Part shown: positions 1 to 8,524 of the stretch, piece after piece
How positions within the stretch are numbered: the first letter of the stretch is position 1
Layout: the number at the start of each line of letters is the position of its first letter
Virus record (IMG/VR): IMGVR_UViG_3300034025_000012
Span: 1-31,576 of that record
DNA length: 31,576 nt
Source: a virus
Taxonomy: Duplodnaviria > Caudoviricetes
Direction: 5' to 3' (one strand)
Made by a program: the position numbers and the translations under genes
Notes under the pieces: generated by a model
Told to the model about the DNA's origin: nothing
Seen by the model: only the letters and a program-made list of their open reading frames with translations
Database searches by the model: none

Positions 1-1135
1 CTAGGAGGCTACAAGCTGCGTTGACTTCTCTAATCTCATTCTTCTTCTTGAATACCCTATCGTTACCAAGGCGAACGGAATAGAGCCGCTTAGTGTTCAG
101 TTTACCTGACTTATAGCCACCGATATAGTATCTGCGCTGTCTTTCCTCTAGGAGGCGTCGTAAATCCTTGGTAAGGTAATTAGTAACAGTCTTGGTGGAC
201 TCCTCAAACTCTCTTACGTTATTGCCAGCATCTTTTACTTGCTTCTTGATTTCGTGTTTATCAAGAGTCTTATCAAAACGGTCTGTCCAGTAAAGCTTCT
301 CTTTACTTTCGATAGTGCATTTTTGAATTAGATCATCAATAGCTCTAGCTAGTTGGTCCTCTAGCTTCTCAAAAGGAGGTTCACCTTTCTTGCCATCTGG
401 CTTCATTTCGCCCTTGCCACTAGCCTTCTTAGGTTCCATCTTCTCTAGCGCTTCTTTGGAAAAGAAGTCTTCAAAGTAGTTAGAACGCTCAACAACGTCT
501 GCGGTTGACTTAGTTCTAGCAAGAGCTTCTACTTCACTACGAACCATTTTCTTTTCTAGGTCTTCGTAGAGCCTATAGACTTCTAACTTATCGTACATAT
601 CGGAAGATAGCGGACAACCAGACTTCTTAGCAAACCACAAAGAAGAATAACGTAGCTGTTGTTCGGCTGCAAACTTGGGATCACCCATTTTGCTAGCAAG
701 CATATCTACGTGTTCTTTAGAGTAAGGGTGTTCCTCTACTGGCAAGTTCTTAAAGTTGGAGAATAGTAGATCGTAGCCAGCTTTAATGTTCTTACCGGAG
801 CCCTCATAGAACCTAGCCATTTCACGATTGACTCGCGGGTCTTCAATGCAGTTATGAACGTAGTGCCATAGCTCACTTTTGGTAGTATTGCAGATATCGT
901 CTGCATCTGAGAATTGAATATGGCTACACTCATGGTCAATATAGCCGTGAATGGCTCTAAGAACCTCATAGGGAACGTCACCAGTGATTGCGGGGATGAA
1001 CACCTTAGTAGGTAGTTTCGTCTTTGTATCGTACTCTACGCGGGGTGCAAAGCCTTCTAAGATAACTTCTACGTTATCACCAGCAAGAATTTTAGTAGTC
1101 TTCTTTAAGACTTCCTGTAGTTCAAAAACATTCAT
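1..1135 (-). CDS. CobT-like protein (N-terminal HExxH metallopeptidase-like domain leading into a vWA domain), 3'-truncated by the window edge
   Basis: Not in the ORF track. Hand translation from ATG at 1135 (ATGA overlap with the primase stop) is open to base 1: MNVFELQEVLKKTTKILAG...HGYIDHECSHIQFSD...NCIEDPRVN...GGYKSGKLNTKRLYSVRLGNDRVFKKK...AACSLL. HExxH plus NxxEDxR and the GKLxxxRL..VF linker ending just before the expected DxSxS fit phage CobT/vWA proteins. Confidence 0.8.
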   Translation of the reverse strand, partial: MNVFELQEVLKKTTKILAGDNVEVILEGFAPRVEYDTKTKLPTKVFIPAITGDVPYEVLRAIHGYIDHECSHIQFSDADDICNTTKSELWHYVHNCIEDPRVNREMARFYEGSGKNIKAGYDLLFSNFKNLPVEEHPYSKEHVDMLASKMGDPKFAAEQQLRYSSLWFAKKSGCPLSSDMYDKLEVYRLYEDLEKKMVRSEVEALARTKSTADVVERSNYFEDFFSKEALEKMEPKKASGKGEMKPDGKKGEPPFEKLEDQLARAIDDLIQKCTIESKEKLYWTDRFDKTLDKHEIKKQVKDAGNNVREFEESTKTVTNYLTKDLRRLLEERQRRYYIGGYKSGKLNTKRLYSVRLGNDRVFKKKNEIREVNAACSLL

Positions 1136-2208
1136 TGTTCCAACTTCATCCTCAATAGATCAAACTGGTTTGGTCTGATACGGTTATCAATCGCGCCTAG
1201 GATCGTGGCCTTGTCGCTTTCGGCAGGGTCTAAACCAGTCATAGGTAAACGAGCAACAGTAGCATTCAAACCATAGTTGATTAATTCAAACGCAGCTAGC
1301 ATAGCAGCCGCGATAGCCAAGCGCTCACCATCCCACAAGATTATGAACTCGTCTACCCCACCTTGGCTTAATTTCATCAGGTCCGATAGTTGATCGTCTG
1401 TAACGGTATTCTTAACTGCTATCGAAAGATGCTTGCCAAATGTCCCGCAAGCTGCATAATCCTTGTAGCCAACATCTGACTCAAGAGCTTCCGTTACAGC
1501 GTAAACGTCAAAAACGCCCTCAGACAGGACAACCTTCTTAGCTTTGTTCTTTAGTGCATAGTGGCTGTTATAAATGAAACGGGCTGTTCCCGGTAACATG
1601 TTTGGGAACAGGTATTTCTTTTCTGACTTTCCTGTTATATCTCTACCTTGGAAGGTAACTAAGTTACCCTCTATATCAAAAATAGGAATGATAATACGAT
1701 TAGAGAAATCAACAAACTTAGTGCGTTCAAACCAGTCTTCATATCTATAGAATCCATTCTGACACGTTCTTAAATCGAATCGCTTACATATTTTCGCATT
1801 TACCTTACGCTCTAGAAGGTACTGCGGCAAATCTTCATCTAGTAGAATTTTGGAATTGAGTGGCAAAACCCAATCCTTGTTTAGCTTATAACTTACAGGT
1901 GCTACCTTGGGGCGGTAAGAGACGGTTAGAGCTATATTGGTTATGTAACCAATCACTTCATTATGCTGCTTAAAACCCCTAGCAGATTTAATGAAGTTGT
2001 ATTTATTGAAGCCCTTACTGCAACCGAAGCAATTACCTAATCCGTTTTCAGCGTTGAGGTAGACCTTGTAATCATTCCGGCCGCAGTGGGGGCAAGTCTT
2101 AACGTTAATTTGCAAACCGCTTTTACCGGCTGCAATTTTATACTCGTAACCTTCATACGAAACAATCTGTTCCGCATCCAGTTCGTCTAGTATTCTGGCA
2201 AGGTCCAC
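1132..2208 (-). CDS. DNA primase (Zn-binding domain + TOPRIM)
   Basis: CPHC...CFGC zinc motif, RIIIPI..GNLVTFQGRDI core, TOPRIM EGVFD and WDGE; GTG start; lies downstream of the helicase. Confidence 0.9.
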   Translation of the reverse strand: MDLARILDELDAEQIVSYEGYEYKIAAGKSGLQINVKTCPHCGRNDYKVYLNAENGLGNCFGCSKGFNKYNFIKSARGFKQHNEVIGYITNIALTVSYRPKVAPVSYKLNKDWVLPLNSKILLDEDLPQYLLERKVNAKICKRFDLRTCQNGFYRYEDWFERTKFVDFSNRIIIPIFDIEGNLVTFQGRDITGKSEKKYLFPNMLPGTARFIYNSHYALKNKAKKVVLSEGVFDVYAVTEALESDVGYKDYAACGTFGKHLSIAVKNTVTDDQLSDLMKLSQGGVDEFIILWDGERLAIAAAMLAAFELINYGLNATVARLPMTGLDPAESDKATILGAIDNRIRPNQFDLLRMKLEQ

Positions 2209-2370
2209 TTATTTGTACTCTGCCTTTAGCATTGTAAAAGCCTTGCCAAAAGCAAGTATCTCCGCTCGCACTTCTTCTTGTGTCATTCCTAAAGGGGCCG
2301 AAAACGACCGGTTGATATGCTGGTGTGGTCTATCGTTAACATGACCGAAGAGTTTGAGCGAAGTGTACAT
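2209..2370 (-). CDS. hypothetical protein, 53 aa
   Basis: Not in track. MYTSLKLFGHVNDRPHQHINRSFSAPLGMTQEEVRAEILAFGKAFTMLKAEYK; starts in a TAATG overlap with the upstream stop and its TAA abuts the primase GTG, filling the gap exactly. Confidence 0.7.
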   Translation of the reverse strand: MYTSLKLFGHVNDRPHQHINRSFSAPLGMTQEEVRAEILAFGKAFTMLKAEYK

Positions 2371-2585
2371 TAAGTGTCTTTCTTTGCGTTAGGTTGATCT
2401 TTAAACCAACAAAAACGTTCTCTAGGCCAGTGAATATAATGGTGCGAGTCATCTGTGTCGTTATCATATCTACTAATAACAAGAACAGTATTATTTGCAG
2501 TAAAGAATACTGCTTTAACTCTATTATAAACAACCTGTACCGTGCTATCGTCCCTGTAAAGAGTTAGGGTTCTACCACGACTCAT
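2370..2585 (-). CDS. hypothetical protein, 71 aa
   Basis: TAATG coupling at both ends. Confidence 0.7.
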   Translation of the reverse strand: MSRGRTLTLYRDDSTVQVVYNRVKAVFFTANNTVLVISRYDNDTDDSHHYIHWPRERFCWFKDQPNAKKDT

Positions 2586-2908
2586 TAGTCGCGGACGCCT
2601 TCTTTAGCGGTTTCTAGAGCAACGGTATTCTTACCGAAGGTTCCCTTTAGTGCAGCCTGTGCAAAACGAACGATACGGCCAACGGTAGCGTTACGGCCCG
2701 GTGTTTCCTGCTTAATGATTGCATGTAGTGCTTGGCGGTACTGTGTACGCTCAGTGCGAAGGTTGGTCACTTCACCCTGAAGCTCTCTATACTCGTTGTA
2801 TAGTTCGCTTAGCTTACGTGCTGAATTCTCTGCGGTTTCCTTGTAAGCAAGGTTAGAAGCCGTTAATGCGGCTACATCTGCATTATATGTTGAACGTCTT
2901 ACAAACAT
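2585..2908 (-). CDS. hypothetical coiled-coil protein, 107 aa
   Basis: TAATG coupling at both ends; heptad-like central segment (KLSELYNEYRELQGEVTNLRTER). Confidence 0.7.
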   Translation of the reverse strand: MFVRRSTYNADVAALTASNLAYKETAENSARKLSELYNEYRELQGEVTNLRTERTQYRQALHAIIKQETPGRNATVGRIVRFAQAALKGTFGKNTVALETAKEGVRD

Positions 2909-4215
2909 TATTTTACCTCTAATATTTCTTGAATATGCTTCATTACGCTAAGATTGCGCTTAACTGTGATCGTAACGGCCTTCTGGTTGCGTGAAGCAGC
3001 ATAATAAAGCCTTCCCTCACCCTGTTCTTTTTCAATGTCGTTAGCATTAATAGAGATAACAAGGTCGGCAATTCGGATTTTATTGAAGTCTTCTGCAACG
3101 TGTGTAGCTTGGATCGTATCAACCTTAGCACCCTCGCGGTTTGTCTGGGTAGCCGTGAGAATAGCAACGTTTTCGTTTTGTGCAAGTGCCCTTAGATCAA
3201 TAAGCACCTGTTTAGACTTGTCGATTCCTTCAACTGAAGAACTCTCTGAAAGCATGATATCTGCATAGTCAACAACGACTAGATCAAACATCATTCCGGT
3301 TGCTTGATACTTCTTTACAAGCCTTCTAAGATCGCTACACCTAAACGTACCTGAGGGGTATTCATGCATCTTAAGGTTAGCGGCTGAAGCAGTCCACTTA
3401 CCAACCCGTTCGTCTACCTTGTCAATGTAAGTGTATAGATCATCCATCTTAACGCCGGATACGTTGGAATCCATACGGTCGGCTTGGATTTCGCTAGAGA
3501 CTTCCAGCGTTACGAATAGTACGTTATAACCCCGTTCTGCGGCCCTCAGAGCATGGTCAATAAGTGCAATGGACTTACCAGCCTTAGCAGGAGCCATGTA
3601 CATTGATAGCTCGCCTCTACCCCACCCACGGCGAAATAAGGTTTGATCGAACTCTTTGAAACCAGTAGATACAGAATTAAATGAGATTTCACCCTTCAAC
3701 CTTGCCTTACGGATTTCCGAACGCTGCTTAATGCTTTCCTTGTAATCGTAGGCTGTTGAAAGATCGTTGGTTCCGATATCAATTGCCTTCTGCATAAGAG
3801 GCATGATAGCGTTAATATCGCCACCCTCAGAGACGATATCACCAGACTTAAGAACGGCTGCGATGGTAGCCTGTCTGCGGACAAACTCACCAACCTTCTC
3901 AGCAATATAGTCTCTATCTGAAATGTCGGTACGGTAAAGCTGCTTAAGCTTTGAACCAATAGAGCCAACTAGTTCCTTACGAACAACGTTAGCAGCTACG
4001 TCTTCCTTGAATTGTTGTGAAGTAGCAACAGGGGAAGGTGGACAGTTGTATTTTTTAAAGTGTGCTTGTGCAATTGAGAGAATATACTTGTCAATTTCAT
4101 TTGTATAGAAGTCAGGGCGGATTAACCCATCCGCCCTTTCACAGAAACTTAAGTCTCGTAATTGCAGCGCTAAAACTTTTGCTTGGAATTCTTCGTCAAA
4201 CGCTACTGTTGTCAA
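2908..4215 (-). CDS. replicative DnaB-like (SF4) DNA helicase
   Basis: STGFKEFD, Walker A APAKAGKS, VTLE, Walker B VVVDYAD, TATQTNREG; TTG start after AAGGA. Confidence 0.92.
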   Translation of the reverse strand: MTTVAFDEEFQAKVLALQLRDLSFCERADGLIRPDFYTNEIDKYILSIAQAHFKKYNCPPSPVATSQQFKEDVAANVVRKELVGSIGSKLKQLYRTDISDRDYIAEKVGEFVRRQATIAAVLKSGDIVSEGGDINAIMPLMQKAIDIGTNDLSTAYDYKESIKQRSEIRKARLKGEISFNSVSTGFKEFDQTLFRRGWGRGELSMYMAPAKAGKSIALIDHALRAAERGYNVLFVTLEVSSEIQADRMDSNVSGVKMDDLYTYIDKVDERVGKWTASAANLKMHEYPSGTFRCSDLRRLVKKYQATGMMFDLVVVDYADIMLSESSSVEGIDKSKQVLIDLRALAQNENVAILTATQTNREGAKVDTIQATHVAEDFNKIRIADLVISINANDIEKEQGEGRLYYAASRNQKAVTITVKRNLSVMKHIQEILEVK

Positions 4216-4224
4216 TTTACTTCC

Positions 4225-5004
4225 TTATTTAGTAATGAATCTAATCACCCCTTCCGAATCATCTTCTAGTTCAAAAGGTTCGTCACTGTAGGCACAGATG
4301 ATATCTTTAACGATACCGGAACGTACAATGTCGTGATGGCTAAACCGCTGTACAGCGACTCCCCGTACAGATTCAAGCCTTGCTATCGCATCTTCTAACC
4401 CGCGATACTTAACTTTCTCTGTCTCGTCCTTCTGGCTTATATCACCATCCACAACAACAGTCGTTCCTTTTCCAATTCGAGTTAGGAAAAGTTTCATTTG
4501 AGCAGGAGTGGTATTCTGAGCTTCATCCATTACAACGAATGAACGATCCCATGAATGGCCGCGCATATAAGCTAGTGGGCTGAATTCAATCTTACCATGC
4601 TGAATGAGTGCATCTACTTGACCTGATCCCATATGGCGTTTTAAAGCCTCTAGGAAGGGCTGTACGTAAGGATAGTACTTCTCGTTAAGATCGCCGGGAA
4701 GGAAGCCTAGACGCTCTCCTGCTTCGACTACGGGCCTAGTGATAAGCACTTGGTCGATTTCTTTTGCTTGGAAGGCATCAGCGGCGGCTTTAGCAGCTAG
4801 GAATGTCTTACCTGTACCAGCGGGACCGATACCAAATGTGATTACGCTTGTTTCAATTTTAGCTAGATAGGCTTCCTGTGAACGATTAAGAGGCTCGAAT
4901 ACTTTACCCCTGTGCTTTGTTTCGCGTAACTCAGGTAGTACAATTATAGAAGAAGCCGCAGAAGCACCTTCCCTGCGGCTTTTAGTTTTAGTATTAGAAG
5001 ACAT
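4225..5004 (-). CDS. phoH: PhoH-family ATPase
   Basis: GPAGTGKT, LITRPVVEAGERLGFLPGD, LAYMRG, DEAQN, LTRIG, GDISQKD, DIVRS. Start moved to ATG 5004, which follows AAGGA. Confidence 0.95.
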   Translation of the reverse strand: MSSNTKTKSRREGASAASSIIVLPELRETKHRGKVFEPLNRSQEAYLAKIETSVITFGIGPAGTGKTFLAAKAAADAFQAKEIDQVLITRPVVEAGERLGFLPGDLNEKYYPYVQPFLEALKRHMGSGQVDALIQHGKIEFSPLAYMRGHSWDRSFVVMDEAQNTTPAQMKLFLTRIGKGTTVVVDGDISQKDETEKVKYRGLEDAIARLESVRGVAVQRFSHHDIVRSGIVKDIICAYSDEPFELEDDSEGVIRFITK

Positions 5005-5074
5005 GTTTTGGTGATTCCTTGTGCATGTTCTTAGAATATACACTCATTTTGTTGTTATTACTATTCTTGATGTT

Positions 5075-5335
5075 TTAGGGCATATGTGCATCTGAGCCGT
5101 TGGGAAAGTATTCCCCGGTCCAGTTGATAACCTTAGGATGAACATGTGCTAGGTCTTCAATGACCTGAACTAGAAGATAGCCTTGTAGATCGGTATTAAC
5201 TTGATCGTTGTAATATTCAAATATCTCTCTAGAAGAGAGGTTAAGAGGACAACGTGAATATCTTACTTCTACACCAGCTTTATTAGCAATAATAAGAATA
5301 TGGTGATCGTGTGTTTCTGTTCCGCCGAATGACAT
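5075..5335 (-). CDS. hypothetical protein, 86 aa
   Basis: Same strand as neighbours; ATG overlaps the TAA of the alternative-frame tail of the upstream gene. Confidence 0.65.
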   Translation of the reverse strand: MSFGGTETHDHHILIIANKAGVEVRYSRCPLNLSSREIFEYYNDQVNTDLQGYLLVQVIEDLAHVHPKVINWTGEYFPNGSDAHMP

Positions 5336-5716
5336 TAGGTAGACCTTACGTTATCTGTATAAGCTGTTGAAGATGGAGCGTTTAGATAAACGACAACCTT
5401 AGCGATTCGGTGGGGAGGCCACCATGTTAGAGTTGTTTACTTTGTCTGTATTAACCGAACGATAACCAGTCTTAATAATAGCATCGGCGTGCTCTCTTGC
5501 TTTCACTTCATTATCAACTTCATAGTGGTAAACATTACCGGTATCAATATAAACGTTAATACTTACTACGGGTGTATGCATAAATGCCATGGTGAAGGCC
5601 CCTTTCTTACAATTGCATTTTTTGTCGTTATCATAAATAGGCCAGTGACCGCAACGACCACAGAGCCAATAGGTCTTACCTTTTGATCGAAGGTAGCGGT
5701 AAATCCACTTAAACAT
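5335..5716 (-). pseudogene. small phage gene apparently split by a one-base insertion near 5431-5440 (or a sequence error)
   Basis: Track ORF 5399..5716 ends NNSNMVASPPNR, but the +1 frame from about 5433 reads TLTWWPPHRIAKVVVYLNAPSSTAYTDNVRST* and ends in a TAATG overlap with the next gene at 5335. Possible internal start at ATG 5590. Confidence 0.6.
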
Positions 5717-5887
5717 TTAAGGAAGTAATCTTAAACAAAGAAGAACAGGCCAGAAAACACAAGCTATAAATCCTACAATTAATTGTCCTGAAGTTGTCCA
5801 GCTTTTATCAAAACCATCATTTAAGATATTAAACACACTCATACAGATGAATAGCAGGAAACCAATAAACCAAATCCAAAATATCAT
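5717..5887 (-). CDS. small membrane protein (two predicted TM helices)
   Basis: MIFWIWFIGFLLFICMSVF and LIVGFIACVFWPVLLCL hydrophobic stretches; start placed at the TAATG overlap at 5887. Confidence 0.7.
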   Translation of the reverse strand: MIFWIWFIGFLLFICMSVFNILNDGFDKSWTTSGQLIVGFIACVFWPVLLCLRLLP

Positions 5888-6111
5888 TATCTGTTCCACA
5901 TTCCATTGTTAGAATAAGGACTCACGCCCACCGTAACTGTCTTACCACAACCTTCTAAAGGACAAGTTATGGAAAGATAATCACCATCTCTTTGATCGTT
6001 GTTATATTTAGCTTCTTTTCTCTCAAAGATAAATTCTGTTTTACAAGAGCGGCAACGAGCTTGGTATGTTTTTGAACAAGGCAGAGTACCTACTTTCGTA
6101 ATTTTTACCAT
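5887..6111 (-). CDS. small putative zinc-ribbon protein
   Basis: CRSC...CPLEGC; abuts the exonuclease stop. Confidence 0.7.
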   Translation of the reverse strand: MVKITKVGTLPCSKTYQARCRSCKTEFIFERKEAKYNNDQRDGDYLSITCPLEGCGKTVTVGVSPYSNNGMWNR

Positions 6112-6888
6112 TTACTTAACCTTCTTCTTAGTTCCATCAAACCAATGCCCACAACTGGTACATTGTAAACGCTGAATTAGGAAAGCTTTTGTGCGGCGGA
6201 AACCCCTACGCTGTATCTCAACACAGTTACATGTTGGACAAGCACCGTTCTTACCCTCAGTGCCTAGGAAAGGATGGTTGACAATGTAAGGGCGTAGGAG
6301 CATATACATTTCTTCAAGCGGTGGGATATCGCCTTCGCAATATTCCTGCATTCTCTGTTGGGCTTCTTTATCACCATTCATCACTTTAACCCAAAGGCTA
6401 AACCCTTCATGCTTAACCTTCTCACTAACACCTAGCAAAGGAGCTACATAGGCAAGCTTACCGCTCTGCAGACCAAACTTCTTAATTGTCTTAAGAAGGT
6501 CGATTGATGCTACTGGTGGGGGTGGCTGCAAACCAGCTAGGAGGAATTCACCGCGAAGCTTTGTTAAATCGAACTTGTCACCATTATAAGTGACTACTGC
6601 ATCAGCTTCTGAGATTAGCTTATGGATTCCTTCGATCATTTCTTTATGACCTTGAATCCAATCTGCAAAGAAATACTTCTGAGGTTCCCCAATGAACTTA
6701 GCCGCGACACAAATGGGGGCTGAAGGGGAAATGAGTTGGTCTAAGGAAATGTTCTGGTCGTATAACCCCCAAACGAAAGCTTGGGCGGGCTTGGTTTCAA
6801 TATCTAGGCAAAGGAGTCTTCCTGACAAACGATCCGTCTTTAGAGCCTTATTCTTATTACTACGTAACCTTGGTAATTTGAGTTTCAA
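6112..6888 (-). CDS. RNase H-fold (DnaQ/DEDDy-like) 3'-5' exonuclease with C-terminal zinc ribbon
   Basis: ExoI LDIET, ExoII YNGDKFD, ExoIII YCEGDI; CPTC...CTSCGHW. The true start may lie downstream of 6888. Confidence 0.85.
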   Translation of the reverse strand: MKLKLPRLRSNKNKALKTDRLSGRLLCLDIETKPAQAFVWGLYDQNISLDQLISPSAPICVAAKFIGEPQKYFFADWIQGHKEMIEGIHKLISEADAVVTYNGDKFDLTKLRGEFLLAGLQPPPPVASIDLLKTIKKFGLQSGKLAYVAPLLGVSEKVKHEGFSLWVKVMNGDKEAQQRMQEYCEGDIPPLEEMYMLLRPYIVNHPFLGTEGKNGACPTCNCVEIQRRGFRRTKAFLIQRLQCTSCGHWFDGTKKKVK

Positions 6889-6930
6889 AATAGATAACCT
6901 TATAAAGACTCTAATAAAGAATCCTAAGAA

Positions 6931-6976
6931 AACTTATTAACTAATCAACTTACTTAACAAATTTAACTTATTAACT
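6931..6976. repeat. three AT-rich direct repeats in the lysis/replication intergenic region
   Basis: AACTTATTAACT at 6931-6942 and 6965-6976, with variant AACTTACTTAAC at 6947-6958. Confidence 0.6.
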
Positions 6977-6994
6977 TTTTCGAGCATAACCCTT

Positions 6995-7348
6995 TTACCG
7001 GGGCTTAGAGGCGTCTACAACCCCTATGTATTTTAATAAGCTGTCCACATTACATTTAGGATCGTTATAGCATTGAACTATGATTTGAAGTTCTTTCAAT
7101 CTTACATCACAATCCTTTTTAGCAAACTCTAAACTGTTAATGTATTTTGCTACTTGAGACTCCATTATCACCGCACCAGTGGGACGAGGTTCTGCTTGTT
7201 CACACTGGAATTTTTCAGCAGGAATGTTAATAGGGGTATTGATAGTTTGGACTCTAGTAGGAACAATCCCACAACCGGCTAAGGAAAGGATAAGGAATAA
7301 ACCGGAGAAGACTATTCCAACTCCAAAAGCACCTGTATTATTCTGCAT
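6995..7348 (-). CDS. outer-membrane spanin (Rz1-like lipoprotein)
   Basis: Hydrophobic signal ending in lipobox LAGC, Pro-containing mature N-terminus, overlaps the end of the i-spanin, third gene of the lysis cassette. Confidence 0.8.
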   Translation of the reverse strand: MQNNTGAFGVGIVFSGLFLILSLAGCGIVPTRVQTINTPINIPAEKFQCEQAEPRPTGAVIMESQVAKYINSLEFAKKDCDVRLKELQIIVQCYNDPKCNVDSLLKYIGVVDASKPR

Positions 7349-7697
7349 TTAGAAAATCCTTTAAAAGACTACCTACCGGTTTATCTTGTCCAGAATTAAC
7401 TTGTTTCTGAATGTTCTCGTTCTTCCTATCCCGGTTAACTCTATTCTCTTTTCTTACCACATCATAATGATTAGTAATTTCACTTGTAACCTCTTGTCTG
7501 CGGTTAACCTCTTCTAGGTTTTTCCCTAATTCTTGGTTATCATCCTTTAGAACAATGTTATCCTTAGTAAGATTAGTTACCTTATTTTCAAGGTGGTTTA
7601 TATATGTATATAAACCACCTACTGCGGACAAAAGAATTAATCCAAGAATTAAATAAACCTTAGCTCCTACTATTTTAGTCCATATTGATTTTAGCAT
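7338..7697 (-). CDS. inner-membrane spanin (Rz-like)
   Basis: Single N-terminal TM (VYLILGLILLSAVGGLYTYI) followed by coiled coil; directly after the endolysin. Confidence 0.8.
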   Translation of the reverse strand: MLKSIWTKIVGAKVYLILGLILLSAVGGLYTYINHLENKVTNLTKDNIVLKDDNQELGKNLEEVNRRQEVTSEITNHYDVVRKENRVNRDRKNENIQKQVNSGQDKPVGSLLKDFLNAE

Positions 7698-8470
7698 TAG
7701 CGAATACCGTCTTTCCGATCCTTGAACCTTTTATAAATCATAAACAACCCAATAGCAACAACAAGACCGGAAGCAATCTCAGGAACGTGGATTTCCTTCA
7801 TAATGCCAGCGTTAGCGTCAGCACCTACAGAAGCAATTGATCCTTTAGCTTCTGCTAGATCATTAGCGGTAAGACCATTTACGAAGTTTGCTACACCACC
7901 AATACCCAAGCTACCGCCAAAGATAATCTCTCTTGATTTAGCTAGGGGCTTAGGTGCATCAGGTACAGTTGACTCTTCTGGAAGTTCTACCATTTTTGCT
8001 ACTGAGGTTCTACGCAGAACTGGTTGAACATTTCCTTCCGCTGAGAGGAAAAGGGCCTTCTCTTCCGCCCTACGTCTAACAAGGCCGGGGAGTGTCCTTC
8101 CACCGCCTTTAACCCACATTCCAAAGGCATTAGCAGCCTTGGCCTTGTCACCCTGCTTAAAGAGCTTACAGACGCTAGAACGGGCAAATGCGGCGATGCC
8201 TATGTTGAAGGCGAGTGACACCATAGCATCAAACTCTTCTTGCGCTGGAACCTTAGGTGCAACTGCCTTAGTTACGCCATCTTCGAAACGAACCAAATCT
8301 TTCTTTAAAAGTGCTTCTGCTTCTGCTTCGGTAATTACTGAATTAGGCTTTACATGAGGTCCGGTTGAACCATAGCCAATTGTCCATACTTTTGCAGGAC
8401 ACAGGTAAGCCCGTAACTTTAAACCTTCGTTAGATTTGATGATCCTAAGACCTTTGCTTGAAATACGCAT
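7697..8470 (-). CDS. GH24 (T4 lysozyme-like) endolysin with C-terminal hydrophobic segments
   Basis: EGLKLRAYLCPAKVWTIGYG (E-x8-C-x5-T), DAMVSLAFNIG, LPGLVRRRAEEKALF; C-terminal IIFGGSLGIGGVANFV and IASGLVVAIGLFMIY followed by a basic tail. Confidence 0.92.
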   Translation of the reverse strand: MRISSKGLRIIKSNEGLKLRAYLCPAKVWTIGYGSTGPHVKPNSVITEAEAEALLKKDLVRFEDGVTKAVAPKVPAQEEFDAMVSLAFNIGIAAFARSSVCKLFKQGDKAKAANAFGMWVKGGGRTLPGLVRRRAEEKALFLSAEGNVQPVLRRTSVAKMVELPEESTVPDAPKPLAKSREIIFGGSLGIGGVANFVNGLTANDLAEAKGSIASVGADANAGIMKEIHVPEIASGLVVAIGLFMIYKRFKDRKDGIR

Positions 8471-8522
8471 AATAAACTCCGATATCGGAGCCGATTATAC
8501 CTTAATTGTACTTCTTTAACAA
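8471..8522 (-). promoter_or_regulatory. sigma70-type promoter plus RBS-covering palindrome upstream of endolysin
   Basis: Minus strand TTGTTA-17-TATAAT (8522-8494), then perfect palindrome CTCCGATATCGGAG (8477-8490) whose 3' arm contains the GGAG SD. Confidence 0.7.
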
Positions 8523-8524
8523 GG

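Noticed and set aside
736-981. 81-aa minus-strand ORF, and similar nested ORFs such as 2336..2533, 2943..3185, 3696..3968
   Set aside because: Out-of-frame inside longer genes with recognisable motifs or exact translational coupling.
4225-5004. PhoH as a novel auxiliary metabolic gene
   Set aside because: PhoH is widespread in phages and this copy looks ordinary.
6931-6976. CtrA box (TTAA-N7-TTAA) or CRISPR mini-array
   Set aside because: TTAA spacings are 13, 5 and 4 rather than 7, and the repeats and spacers are too short for CRISPR.
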